DNA of 64,000 nt from Candidatus Parcubacteria bacterium. GTDB taxonomy: Bacteria; Patescibacteriota; Patescibacteriia; Patescibacteriales; UBA12075. Position numbers and translations under genes: made by a program. Positions 27,208 to 35,707 of the stretch are shown piece by piece. Positions within the stretch are counted from its first letter, which is position 1. Every line of letters begins with the position of its first letter. The stretch lies in the NCBI GenBank assembly GCA_963814275.1, contig CAWFCE010000002.1:939263-1003262 (forward strand), given 5' to 3'. A model generated the notes under the pieces. It saw only the letters and a program-made list of their open reading frames with translations, was not told the DNA's origin and searched no databases.

Positions 27208-28257
27208 ATGTCTGACAGTATAATCGATAAATTAAAAAATACAGGATTGACCGGCCGTGGCGGCGGTTGTTTTCCGACCGGAGAGAAATGGGAAATGGTG
27301 GCCCAGGCGGCGGGAGAGGAAAAATACGTGGTTTGCAACGCTTCCGAGGGTGAGCCGGGAGTGAGGAAAGACTGGCATATATTGGATAACCACGGCGCGC
27401 GGGTGATCGACGGGATGAAGATCGCGCTGGATTTTCTGGGGGCTAAAGAAGGTTTTATCTATTTGAATCCGGACTATTTCAGTAAGCTGGAGAATAAACT
27501 GAAACGTAATATTGGCACGGCGCCAATCACGGTTTTCCGCAAGCCCCATATTGCCGGATATGCCGGCGGAGAGGAGAGCTCCGCCCTGAATGCCCTGGAA
27601 GGACGGCGGATCGAACCGCGCCTACGGCCGCCTTATCCGCCTACGCACGGCTATCTGGGCCAGCCGACCCTGGTCAATAATGTGGAAACGTTCTATGCCG
27701 TAAGCCTGGCGATAAGAGGGGAATACCGGGGCAAGCGTTTTTATACGATAAACGGCGACTGTCTATATGACGGGGTATATGAATACCCGGAAAGTTGGAC
27801 GATCGAAACATTACTCAAAAAAACCGACAATTGGCCGAACTTCGATTTTTTTGTCCAGTCAGGCGGCGATGCCAGCGGCGAAGTGTTAAACAGTTCGCAG
27901 CTCAAACGGCCGGTTGGCGGCAGCGGCGCGCTGACTATCTATAGCATAATGAAGCACGATCCCGTGGCGCTTTTGCGGCGCTGGGCCGGTTTTTTCCGGC
28001 AGGAATCATGCGGCCAATGTACGCCATGCCGCGAAGGGACCTACCGCGTGGCTGAATTATTGAATGATAAAAAGCCGGATTGGAAAATGATAGGCTCTCT
28101 TCTGATCAATCTGCGCGATACGTCGTTTTGCGGCTTGGGCTGTGCCGCTCCGACCGCGATCCGGTCATATATCGAGAATGTCCTGGAAGGCCAGCCAGCG
28201 GGAAAAATCAATCTTCCCCCCGAAGAAAGAAAGATGATTTGTGAATGTTTCACGTGA
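27208..28257 (+). CDS. NuoF/HydB-like FMN- and NAD(H)-binding flavoprotein (minimal form)
   Basis: 349 aa. GRGGGCFPTGEKW (FMN site), CNASEGEPG, RPPYPP...PTLVNNVET, and 4Fe-4S ligands ESCGQCTPCREG ... FCGLGC. No fused NuoE-like or ferredoxin domains. Confidence 0.8.
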   Translation: MSDSIIDKLKNTGLTGRGGGCFPTGEKWEMVAQAAGEEKYVVCNASEGEPGVRKDWHILDNHGARVIDGMKIALDFLGAKEGFIYLNPDYFSKLENKLKRNIGTAPITVFRKPHIAGYAGGEESSALNALEGRRIEPRLRPPYPPTHGYLGQPTLVNNVETFYAVSLAIRGEYRGKRFYTINGDCLYDGVYEYPESWTIETLLKKTDNWPNFDFFVQSGGDASGEVLNSSQLKRPVGGSGALTIYSIMKHDPVALLRRWAGFFRQESCGQCTPCREGTYRVAELLNDKKPDWKMIGSLLINLRDTSFCGLGCAAPTAIRSYIENVLEGQPAGKINLPPEERKMICECFT

Positions 28258-28414
28258 TGGATTTTTATCTATAATCAAGGGCAGAGGACCTCTATAGTAA
28301 TATTAAGACAGTTGATTTTAGAATTAGAAAACAGATAACAGAAAGCAGATAGCAGGCCGTGATTTGAACGGGAACACGCTCTCTGCCACCAGTTTTTTTT
28401 GTTTTCTCAAATCT

Positions 28415-29791
28415 ATGGAGGAAAATGAAAGTATTAGCAATAACGAGACACAAACAACCGGCCAAAGCGTTAACGACAGCCGGACCTTTGGTCCATTCGC
28501 GCAGCAGATTTCGACGTCGTTCGAAATATTGCGGCATCAGATAGGGAAATATATCGGTATGGTTTTTTTGCCCTGGCTGCTGGCCGTGCCGTTTTTGATT
28601 TTTTTGGCGGTTTATTTCTTTGTCGGGTATTTTTTGGCCGGTGATATCGGAAAAATAGCCAATAACGTGGTATTTATCTTGCTGGCGATAATTATCTTTG
28701 CACTTTTTATCGTGGCCAATCTGATCGCCCAGGCCGGTATTTATATCCTGATCAAGCACCGGGACAGGAATATCACGGTCAAGGAAGCCTTTGCCCGCGC
28801 ACGCAAGGTAGCCGGCGCGTTTTTTATTGTCCAGTTGGCTATTAGCCTGTTTACTATTCTCTGGGGCCTCTTGTTCGTTATCCCCGGGATCATCGCGCTG
28901 GTAAATTATTCGCTTGCCCCCTGGGCGCTTGTTTACGAGGACTTCCGGGGTGTGACCGCGCTCAAGCGGAGCAAGGAGCTGGTCAAGGGCTACCGGGGCA
29001 AGATATTCGTTAGGTATCTGGCAATATATATCGTGGTAATCGCGCTGATGTCGATTCCGCCCTTTTTTATAAAGACCAGTCTGGCCACTACCATTTGGAG
29101 CGCCGTATCTTACGCCCTGTCGCTGATGTCGTCACTGTATATCATAATATTCACCCATCAGGTATATTTTGATTTGGTACGGACGAAAGAACCGTCGAAA
29201 ATAGAGTATAAGCAGGGACGGAATATAGCGGTGATAGTCGGGGCGGTCATATTCTTTACCGTTTTTATTACCGGTTTTTCCGGAGCGGCTTTTTCCCTGG
29301 TTAATTCCGCCAGCATGAAGGCCAGGGATTTGAAGCGGGTTTCCGATATCAGCCAAATCGCGCTTTCTCTCGACGTGTACCGGAAGATAAACGACACCTA
29401 TCCGACGAACTTGTCATCGATCGAGGAAAACATACTTTCCGCCGGTTTCAGCCTGGTCGACCCCAGCGGCGAACCATACCGCTATCAGCGCACCGATGGC
29501 GGTTATCAGCTTTGCTTCGTAATGGAGCGTGCGGCCGTCGATTATAAACAGGGTGAAAACTGCCTCCTGAAGACCGGGCAAAAAGACGATAGATCCGCGG
29601 AGGATACGGCGACAACTACTGCGGGGATGCTCGATCCGGCGGGCGACAATGACGGAGACGGACTTACCAATAGCCAAGAGGAATTGTACGGCTCCGATCC
29701 GCAAAATTACGATACCGACGGCGATGGCTACAGCGACGGGGATGAGGTGAAAAACGGCTATAACCCGGCAGGGGACGGGACGCTTAATTAA
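28415..29791 (+). CDS. Polytopic membrane protein fused to a pilin-like domain and C-terminal thrombospondin type-3-like repeats
   Basis: ATG at 28415 (the track ORF starts at 28364). About six TM helices, then SASMKARDLKRVSDISQIALSLDVYRKINDTYP, which resembles the post-helix region of type IV pilins/pseudopilins. C-terminus is DNDGDGLTNSQEELYGSDPQNYDTDGDGYSDGDE. Confidence 0.6.
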   Translation: MEENESISNNETQTTGQSVNDSRTFGPFAQQISTSFEILRHQIGKYIGMVFLPWLLAVPFLIFLAVYFFVGYFLAGDIGKIANNVVFILLAIIIFALFIVANLIAQAGIYILIKHRDRNITVKEAFARARKVAGAFFIVQLAISLFTILWGLLFVIPGIIALVNYSLAPWALVYEDFRGVTALKRSKELVKGYRGKIFVRYLAIYIVVIALMSIPPFFIKTSLATTIWSAVSYALSLMSSLYIIIFTHQVYFDLVRTKEPSKIEYKQGRNIAVIVGAVIFFTVFITGFSGAAFSLVNSASMKARDLKRVSDISQIALSLDVYRKINDTYPTNLSSIEENILSAGFSLVDPSGEPYRYQRTDGGYQLCFVMERAAVDYKQGENCLLKTGQKDDRSAEDTATTTAGMLDPAGDNDGDGLTNSQEELYGSDPQNYDTDGDGYSDGDEVKNGYNPAGDGTLN

Positions 29792-29904
29792 GGAATTTAC
29801 ACATAACATATAACACGCAGCATGTAGCATGGCCGGTAAGATTATATTAATAATATTACCGGAATGATACATGATGAGTGTTACGTGTTGTAAAAAGAAA
29901 TAAT

Positions 29905-31647
29905 ATGAAAAAGAAAGTTAACTTAACGATCAATGGCAAGAAGGTTCAGGCTATCGACGGGGAGACGGTGATGGCGGCCGCTAAGAGGGCGGGGGTCGAT
30001 ATACCCGGTTTGTGTGGCCATGCCGATTTTCCGGCAAAGGCGAATTGCCGGGTCTGCGTGGTAGAGGTTGGTGGCAATAAAAAAGCGGCGAAGCTGGTTA
30101 CATCCTGCTCTACCCTGGTCAAGGATGGCATGGTGGTAAGGACCGATACCGAACGGGTGAAGAAAGCCCGTAATCTGAACATCGAACTGATCTTCGCCGA
30201 GCATATAGAGAAATGCGCCACCTGCATCTGGCGCTTCGAATGCAAACTGCTGTCATTTGCCGAAAAATACAAAATACTGATCACCACATTCCGCGACCGC
30301 AAGGGGCGGCGTAAGACATACAAATTCGCCAATGCGGTCGAGATCGACGGCAGCCAGTGCATCGATTGCCGGAATTGCATCGATGCCTGCAGCCAATTGC
30401 AAAATATCAACTATCTGGAATTAAAGGGCAAGGGAGTCGAGCAGGAAGTGGTACCGACGAAGAAAAAGCGCCATCATTGCATACTTTGCGGACAGTGCGC
30501 CCTCCACTGCCCGGTAAGCGCCGCCCAGGAACAATCGCATTGGGAGGTCGTAGAAGCGGCCCTGAAGAGCAAAGCGGAAAATAATAGCGGTAATATACTG
30601 ATCGCCCAGATCGCGCCATCGGTCAGGGTATCGATCGGCGAGGACTTCGGTTTGCCTTACGGCAAGAACGTGACCGGCCAGCTCGTGGCGGCCCTGAAGA
30701 AGCTCGGTTTCGACCATGTTTTTGATGTAAATTTTGCCGCCGATATCACGACAGTGGTAGAGGCAACAGAACTTCTCAAGCGGATAAACCGGGGTGAAAC
30801 CATGCCGATGATGACATCCTGCTGTCCGGGCTGGGTGAATTATGTCGAGTGGTATCATCCGGAGCTGATCCCGCACATGACGACTTCCCGTTCGCCGCAT
30901 ATCCACAATGGGGGAGTGATCAAAACCTACTGGGCGGAGAAGATGAAAATCAAGCCCGCCAAGATCACCCTGGTGTCGATAATGCCTTGCACGGCGAAGA
31001 AATATGAATCTTCCAGGAACGAAATGAAGATCGGCGGGCTATATCCGGTGGATTATGTGCTCACAACCAGGGAATTGAGCTTTCTTCTGAAGAAAAACAA
31101 TGTTAATTTTTCCCGTTTGCGTCCGCAAAATGCCGATAATCCGCTGGGTGAATACAGCGGCGCGGCCGCTATCTATGGCGCCAGCGGCGGCGTAATGGAG
31201 TCGGCTCTCCGTACGGCCCATGTCCTGGGTTGCGGCGACAAGACCACGGGCCTATGCCGCAGCCGGATCGATTTCAAGGCTGTCCGCGGGATGGACGGCG
31301 TCAAGGACGCCGTGGTGGCGGTGGCGGGAACCAAATTGCGCGTCGCGGTCGTGAACGGTATCGGCCACGTGGAGCCGGTGATCGCCAATCTGCATAAGTA
31401 CGACTATGTCGAAGTCATGGCTTGCCCGGGCGGCTGTATCGGCGGCGGCGGGCAGCCGATTCCGACCAACGACGAGATCCGCAAGAAGCGCATTGCCGCG
31501 CTCTATAAGCATGACAAGGATCTGAAGATGCGGCAGGCGCACAAGAATAAAGGAGTAATGGATATCCTGGAGTGGCTGGAGAAAAAGGGACATAAGTACG
31601 AACATAGTGTGTTGCATACGAAATATAAGAAAAGAGTGAAGTACTGA
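29905..31647 (+). CDS. hydA: [FeFe]-hydrogenase catalytic subunit (HydA, multi-cluster M3-type architecture)
   Basis: ATG at 29905. N-terminal 2Fe-2S ferredoxin-like fold, two CxxCxxCxxxCP motifs (CIDCRNCIDACS, CILCGQCALHCP), and H-cluster motifs TSCCPGW, MPCTAKKYE and EVMACPGGCIGGGGQP. Confidence 0.9.
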   Translation: MKKKVNLTINGKKVQAIDGETVMAAAKRAGVDIPGLCGHADFPAKANCRVCVVEVGGNKKAAKLVTSCSTLVKDGMVVRTDTERVKKARNLNIELIFAEHIEKCATCIWRFECKLLSFAEKYKILITTFRDRKGRRKTYKFANAVEIDGSQCIDCRNCIDACSQLQNINYLELKGKGVEQEVVPTKKKRHHCILCGQCALHCPVSAAQEQSHWEVVEAALKSKAENNSGNILIAQIAPSVRVSIGEDFGLPYGKNVTGQLVAALKKLGFDHVFDVNFAADITTVVEATELLKRINRGETMPMMTSCCPGWVNYVEWYHPELIPHMTTSRSPHIHNGGVIKTYWAEKMKIKPAKITLVSIMPCTAKKYESSRNEMKIGGLYPVDYVLTTRELSFLLKKNNVNFSRLRPQNADNPLGEYSGAAAIYGASGGVMESALRTAHVLGCGDKTTGLCRSRIDFKAVRGMDGVKDAVVAVAGTKLRVAVVNGIGHVEPVIANLHKYDYVEVMACPGGCIGGGGQPIPTNDEIRKKRIAALYKHDKDLKMRQAHKNKGVMDILEWLEKKGHKYEHSVLHTKYKKRVKY

Positions 31648-31714
31648 TTACAGCGAATGGATAATTATTTAAAACAGAAAAAATCTATAAATTGCAGTAT
31701 CGATAATTTCGAAC

Positions 31715-31773
31715 AATAACCAAGATACAACCTGCCTGCTTGCAGGCAGATTGCACCTGGTATCTTGGTTATT
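31715..31773 (+). terminator. Hairpin built from AATAACCAAGATAC words (likely the hydA terminator)
   Basis: AATAACCAAGATAC (31715) pairs perfectly with GTATCTTGGTTATT (31760). An inner CTGCCTGC/GCAGGCAG stem is followed by TAAATT. Confidence 0.6.
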
Positions 31774-31814
31774 TAAATTATTATAATGCAATTATTGATA
31801 TTAACTGAAATATT

Positions 31815-32081
31815 ATGGCAGACAAAAGACATTTAGCGACAGTAAGCATTTTGGTCAAGGACCGGCAGACGCACGCCCAGGACGTGCAGAAGATCCTGAC
31901 CAGGCATGGCCATCTGATCCTGGCGCGGCTTGGCGTCAATGTCCAGCGCGCCTGTATCGAGCATTGCACCGGATTCATTACCGTGGCGGTGGAAGGTACG
32001 GCCAGGGAGATCGGGGAGTTTACCAAAGAGCTGGACGAGCTCTATGGGATCGTGGCCAAATCCTGCGTGTTAACGGAATAA
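31815..32081 (+). CDS. TM1266-like small ACT/NikR-C-like protein (putative iron-only hydrogenase system regulator)
   Basis: 88 aa. The pattern VSILVKDRQ...VQKILTRHGHLILARLGVNV...GFITVAVEGTAREIGEFTKELDELYGIVAKS matches my recollection of the TM1266 family. It lies immediately downstream of hydA. Not verified by search. Confidence 0.55.
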   Translation: MADKRHLATVSILVKDRQTHAQDVQKILTRHGHLILARLGVNVQRACIEHCTGFITVAVEGTAREIGEFTKELDELYGIVAKSCVLTE

Positions 32082-32177
32082 GATGATTTTCGAAGTTCGA
32101 ATTTTGCTATTCGATTTTCGAATTAATTTTTATTATTACAAAATACCCAAGATACAAATTCATTAACATAAATAATT

Positions 32178-32711
32178 ATGGAAAACGCTAGAGAACGAAT
32201 CGCCGCAGCCGTCAATGTCAAGGTCCTGGCCCAGTTCCTGGCCTTGGCCGGTGTTGCCACGATATTGCCTTTTTTTATCCATTTGCAGTGGATTACCGGG
32301 CCGATCGTTAACGCGGTCCTGGTGATCGCGTTGTTCCTGATCGGGATAAGAAGCGCTTTTGTCCTTTGTTTGGTGCCGAGTCTGATGGCGCTGTCCGGAG
32401 GCCTGCTGCCGGCCGTACTCGCGCCGGCTGTGCCTTTCATAATGATCGGCAATACCATTTTCGTAATGGTGATCAATTGGCTCTACGACAATACCAAAGA
32501 CAGCGCCAAGGGTTATTGGCTCGGTGTGATTTGCGGCGCCGCCCTGAAATTCTTGTTTTTGTATCTGAGCGTCAACGCGATCGGAAATCTGCTAGTTAAA
32601 CAGGAATTGGCCGTCAAAGTCGCCCAATTGATGAGCTGGCCCCAGTTCATGACCGCGGTAACCGGCGGCCTGATCGCCTGGGTGGTGCTTAAATGGCTGA
32701 AAAGGTTTTAG
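32178..32711 (+). CDS. Integral membrane protein (5 TM; ECF-S-component-like, uncertain)
   Basis: 177 aa, five predicted hydrophobic helices, no catalytic motif recognised. Confidence 0.5.
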   Translation: MENARERIAAAVNVKVLAQFLALAGVATILPFFIHLQWITGPIVNAVLVIALFLIGIRSAFVLCLVPSLMALSGGLLPAVLAPAVPFIMIGNTIFVMVINWLYDNTKDSAKGYWLGVICGAALKFLFLYLSVNAIGNLLVKQELAVKVAQLMSWPQFMTAVTGGLIAWVVLKWLKRF

Positions 32712-32769
32712 TTTCGTAAAATATAATAATTATAATACGAACAACTACAGAGTTAATTCTTGAATTAAA

Positions 32770-34644
32770 ATGGCTGTTAAACGGAAAAAATTCAAATACA
32801 AAGTGTTGGTGACGTTTATGCTGATCTCGTTGGTACCGCTAATGATCATATCCCTGAGCAGCTTGTACCTGGTGGTAAAGACCCGCCAACAGAACATTCT
32901 GGAGTTGATGCACCTGGCGATCAATAATGCCAGCGACCGGATCAACAAGCTGATCCGGGAAAAGTCGGAAGGCCTGCGCCTGGTGGTCGGCGCGCCGATC
33001 CAGTCTATTACCGACCTGCCGGGGATCAATCTGTACCCGCTGCTCATGAGTTCGCTCGATACGACCCAGCCCCTGATACTGAATTTTATCGACCCCCAGG
33101 GAAGGATTGTGGCCAGGGTAAGCCGGGACGGCAAAGTGTCGTTCAACCGACAATACGCCGATACGATCGAGGAAAACGCGGTTTTGTTCCAGGCCGGAGA
33201 CGGTAGCTATGTTACCAAGAATGATGTCGATACCATGTCCATTGTGGAAAGCGATGTTTCCGCAAACGAAGATTTCAAAGCCGCCCGGCAAGGGGAGTTG
33301 TATATCAGCCGCCTGGATTTTGACGATGAAGACCAGCCGTTTTTGCGGTTGGCGGCGCCGATTTTGAACCAAAATGACCAGATCATCGGTATCGCGGCCG
33401 CGGACATAAGGCCGACCGAGATCGATGACAGTATCTCGAATATCCCCCTGGGCGCCAGCGGTTATCTCTATGTTGTCGGTCGGTCGACCGGGAAAGTGAT
33501 CGCCAGCGGCAATAAGGCGCTAGCCAAGGTCGGCGATACCATGGGGGATATAGCCAATGTGCGCGGCTTGCTGCAGAAAAGCGGCGATTACGACGTACGG
33601 GACGACAAATTCACCACTTATGGCAACTCGCTGGGTACGAACGTGGTAATCGCCGGCCGTCCGATGAGCGATCTGAATTGGGCGATCATCGGCGAATGGC
33701 CGGTTACTGACGCTTTTCAGGTAATCCGCAGCATCTTGTGGACTTTCCTCCTGATCACTCTGGGTACATTATTGATCCTGGTAATTTCCGGGCTGTATTT
33801 TACGGGGTTGATCATCAAACCGATCCGCGCCCTGGACAAGGGGGCGAGGGAGATATCCAAAGGCAATCTGGCCTGGAAGATCCGGCTCTACACGGGCGAT
33901 GAATTCGAATCTTTGGCTGGCCAGTTCAACGATATGATCAAAGTGCTCAAGGAGAACCAGCAGTTGCGTGATGAATTCGTCTTCATCTCCGCCCATGAGC
34001 TGCGGACTCCGGTAACCGCGATCAAGGGATATCTGTCAATGGTCCTGGACGGTACTTTCGGCGATATCCCGGAAAAGATAGTCGAACCGCTGAATACGTG
34101 CAACGCCGCGAACGAACGGCTGGTGCAATTGGTGCATGATCTTCTGGAGATCGCCCGAAACGAAGCCGGTAAGATGAAGATCGAGATGTCCGATATCCCG
34201 ATCCAGGGGAATATTGAGCAAGTGATAAAGGAGCTTAAGTCATTGGCCGATAAGAAGAACATCGCCGTTAATTATAAACAGCCTGCTGACGGGCTCCGGA
34301 TCAAGGCAGATCCCGACAAACTGAAAGAGGTGCTTATCAATTTGATCGGCAACGCGATAAAATACACGACCGGTAACGGCGCGATCGACATTTGGCATGA
34401 ACAGCATGAAGAGGGTTTGATCACCCATATCAAGGACCACGGTATCGGTATGACCGAAGATGATGTCAATAATCTTTTCGCCAAATTTTTCCGCGTCCAG
34501 AACGAAGATACGGCCAATATCGAAGGGACTGGTCTCGGTCTCTTCATCTGTAAGGAGATCATCGATCGTATGGGCGGCGAGATCTGGGTGGAATCAAAGA
34601 GAGGGGAAGGCTCGATTTTCAGTTTCCGACTGAATATCGCCTGA
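32770..34644 (+). CDS. Sensor histidine kinase (extracytoplasmic Cache-like domain, HAMP, HisKA, HATPase_c)
   Basis: 624 aa. Two TM helices flank an about 280-aa sensor domain. H-box FISAHELRTPVTAI, N-box LIGNAIKYT, DHGIGM and GTGLGLFICKEI. Confidence 0.9.
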   Translation: MAVKRKKFKYKVLVTFMLISLVPLMIISLSSLYLVVKTRQQNILELMHLAINNASDRINKLIREKSEGLRLVVGAPIQSITDLPGINLYPLLMSSLDTTQPLILNFIDPQGRIVARVSRDGKVSFNRQYADTIEENAVLFQAGDGSYVTKNDVDTMSIVESDVSANEDFKAARQGELYISRLDFDDEDQPFLRLAAPILNQNDQIIGIAAADIRPTEIDDSISNIPLGASGYLYVVGRSTGKVIASGNKALAKVGDTMGDIANVRGLLQKSGDYDVRDDKFTTYGNSLGTNVVIAGRPMSDLNWAIIGEWPVTDAFQVIRSILWTFLLITLGTLLILVISGLYFTGLIIKPIRALDKGAREISKGNLAWKIRLYTGDEFESLAGQFNDMIKVLKENQQLRDEFVFISAHELRTPVTAIKGYLSMVLDGTFGDIPEKIVEPLNTCNAANERLVQLVHDLLEIARNEAGKMKIEMSDIPIQGNIEQVIKELKSLADKKNIAVNYKQPADGLRIKADPDKLKEVLINLIGNAIKYTTGNGAIDIWHEQHEEGLITHIKDHGIGMTEDDVNNLFAKFFRVQNEDTANIEGTGLGLFICKEIIDRMGGEIWVESKRGEGSIFSFRLNIA

Positions 34645-34651
34645 AGTTCCA

Positions 34652-34687
34652 CCGGCCTTCAGGCCGGGTTTGGCGGCTTTAGCCGCC
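34652..34687 (+). terminator. Two consecutive GC hairpins after the kinase gene
   Basis: CCGGCC-TTCA-GGCCGG followed by GTTT, then GGCGGC-TTTA-GCCGCC. Confidence 0.5.
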
Positions 34688-35154
34688 GCCGGCAACTGAT
34701 GTTTCCCAAATTTCAGCTAAAGCCGGCTAGAGCTGTCTTAATAACAATATTTTGTTTTTATTTTAATACTGGCCCTATTTTTTAACGGCCGGTTTTTTTA
34801 TTGCCAAAGTGAACGGACTAAAGAACGAGATCATCGGTATGAGTATGCAATTAATCAACCTGAATAACCAGGCAACGGAAGTAAAAAATAAAGTCGATAA
34901 CACGGTCAACCTGTTGATGAGGATGCAGGCGCAGCTATACCGGCTGCAGAGCGGAGAATAAGTTTATTTAAAAAATTATTTTGATAATAAATATTAATAA
35001 TTGGGCATAATATGTACAGAAAAATGAACGCAAAAGTCAATTATTACCTGGCCTGGGCGGCCGGTTTCAATTCGACCACCTGGCCGATCGGTTTGACCTA
35101 AGCGACCAGAACTTTGGTTTTTTGTTTTCAATGCTAAGGAATTTTCGCCTAGTG

Positions 35155-35553
35155 ATGAGCCGTATTCTTTTGCAACCATTTGGCCATATTTGCCGCGACC
35201 ATGCCGTTTATTGCCGTTCCGGCCCAAGCTCGGCTCGAACCGGAACCGGTACCGCCCGCGCCGACTCCATCCGGCGGTGGCGGCAGTGCTTATACCAGTT
35301 ACTGTGCGCCGGCAATGTATAGGGAATGGGGAACTTACCTGTACGACGAGCAGACGCGCGATGCGACCGGCAAGACCCCAAGCAGCCGCCGGCTGACAAC
35401 GGCGCAGGAAGCAAGCAGGAAGCAAGCCTGCGATCCGGGACGGGGAAGCAACGGAAAAAGCCGCAGAAACCACGGCTGAGGCCATTATGCCCCGATCTCG
35501 ACCGTAGATTGGGAAGCGGTATGCGCATCGCGTACTCAGGGACGGTTCGTTAA
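35155..35553 (+). other. GC-rich segment open in all six frames; possibly a frameshifted small secreted-protein gene
   Basis: The ATG at 35155 gives MSRILLQP. A one-base shift then joins LAIFAATMPFIAVPAQA|RLEPEPVPPAPTPSGGGGSAY... (signal-peptide-like). No single frame gives a convincing protein. Confidence 0.25.
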
Positions 35554-35574
35554 GGAATCTGAAATCAAATAGCC

Positions 35575-35606
35575 ACGTAGGGGCAATTCATGAATTGCCC
35601 CTACGT
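35575..35606. repeat. Perfect 32-nt palindrome of the CGTAGGGGC family
   Basis: ACGTAGGGGCAATTCA|TGAATTGCCCCTACGT. Related copies at 38942-38973 and 50823-50852. Confidence 0.9.
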
Positions 35607-35707
35607 TTAATACCGAGTTGTCATAAATATTGAAAATTTGTTATAATTAAATTAAATATAGAGCCATTGTGGATATCTATTTTTTTTATACTTAATTTCA
35701 AAATAAT

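Noticed and set aside
34990-35560. RNase P RNA, tmRNA or SRP RNA hidden in the GC-rich segment
   Set aside because: I could not find GGAAAGTCC/ACAGAA-type RNase P cores, a tRNA-like 3' end with a tag ORF (tmRNA), or the GGUCAGGUCCGGAAGGAAGCAGCC-type SRP helix 8. The reiterated AGGAAGCAAGC is only a superficial resemblance.
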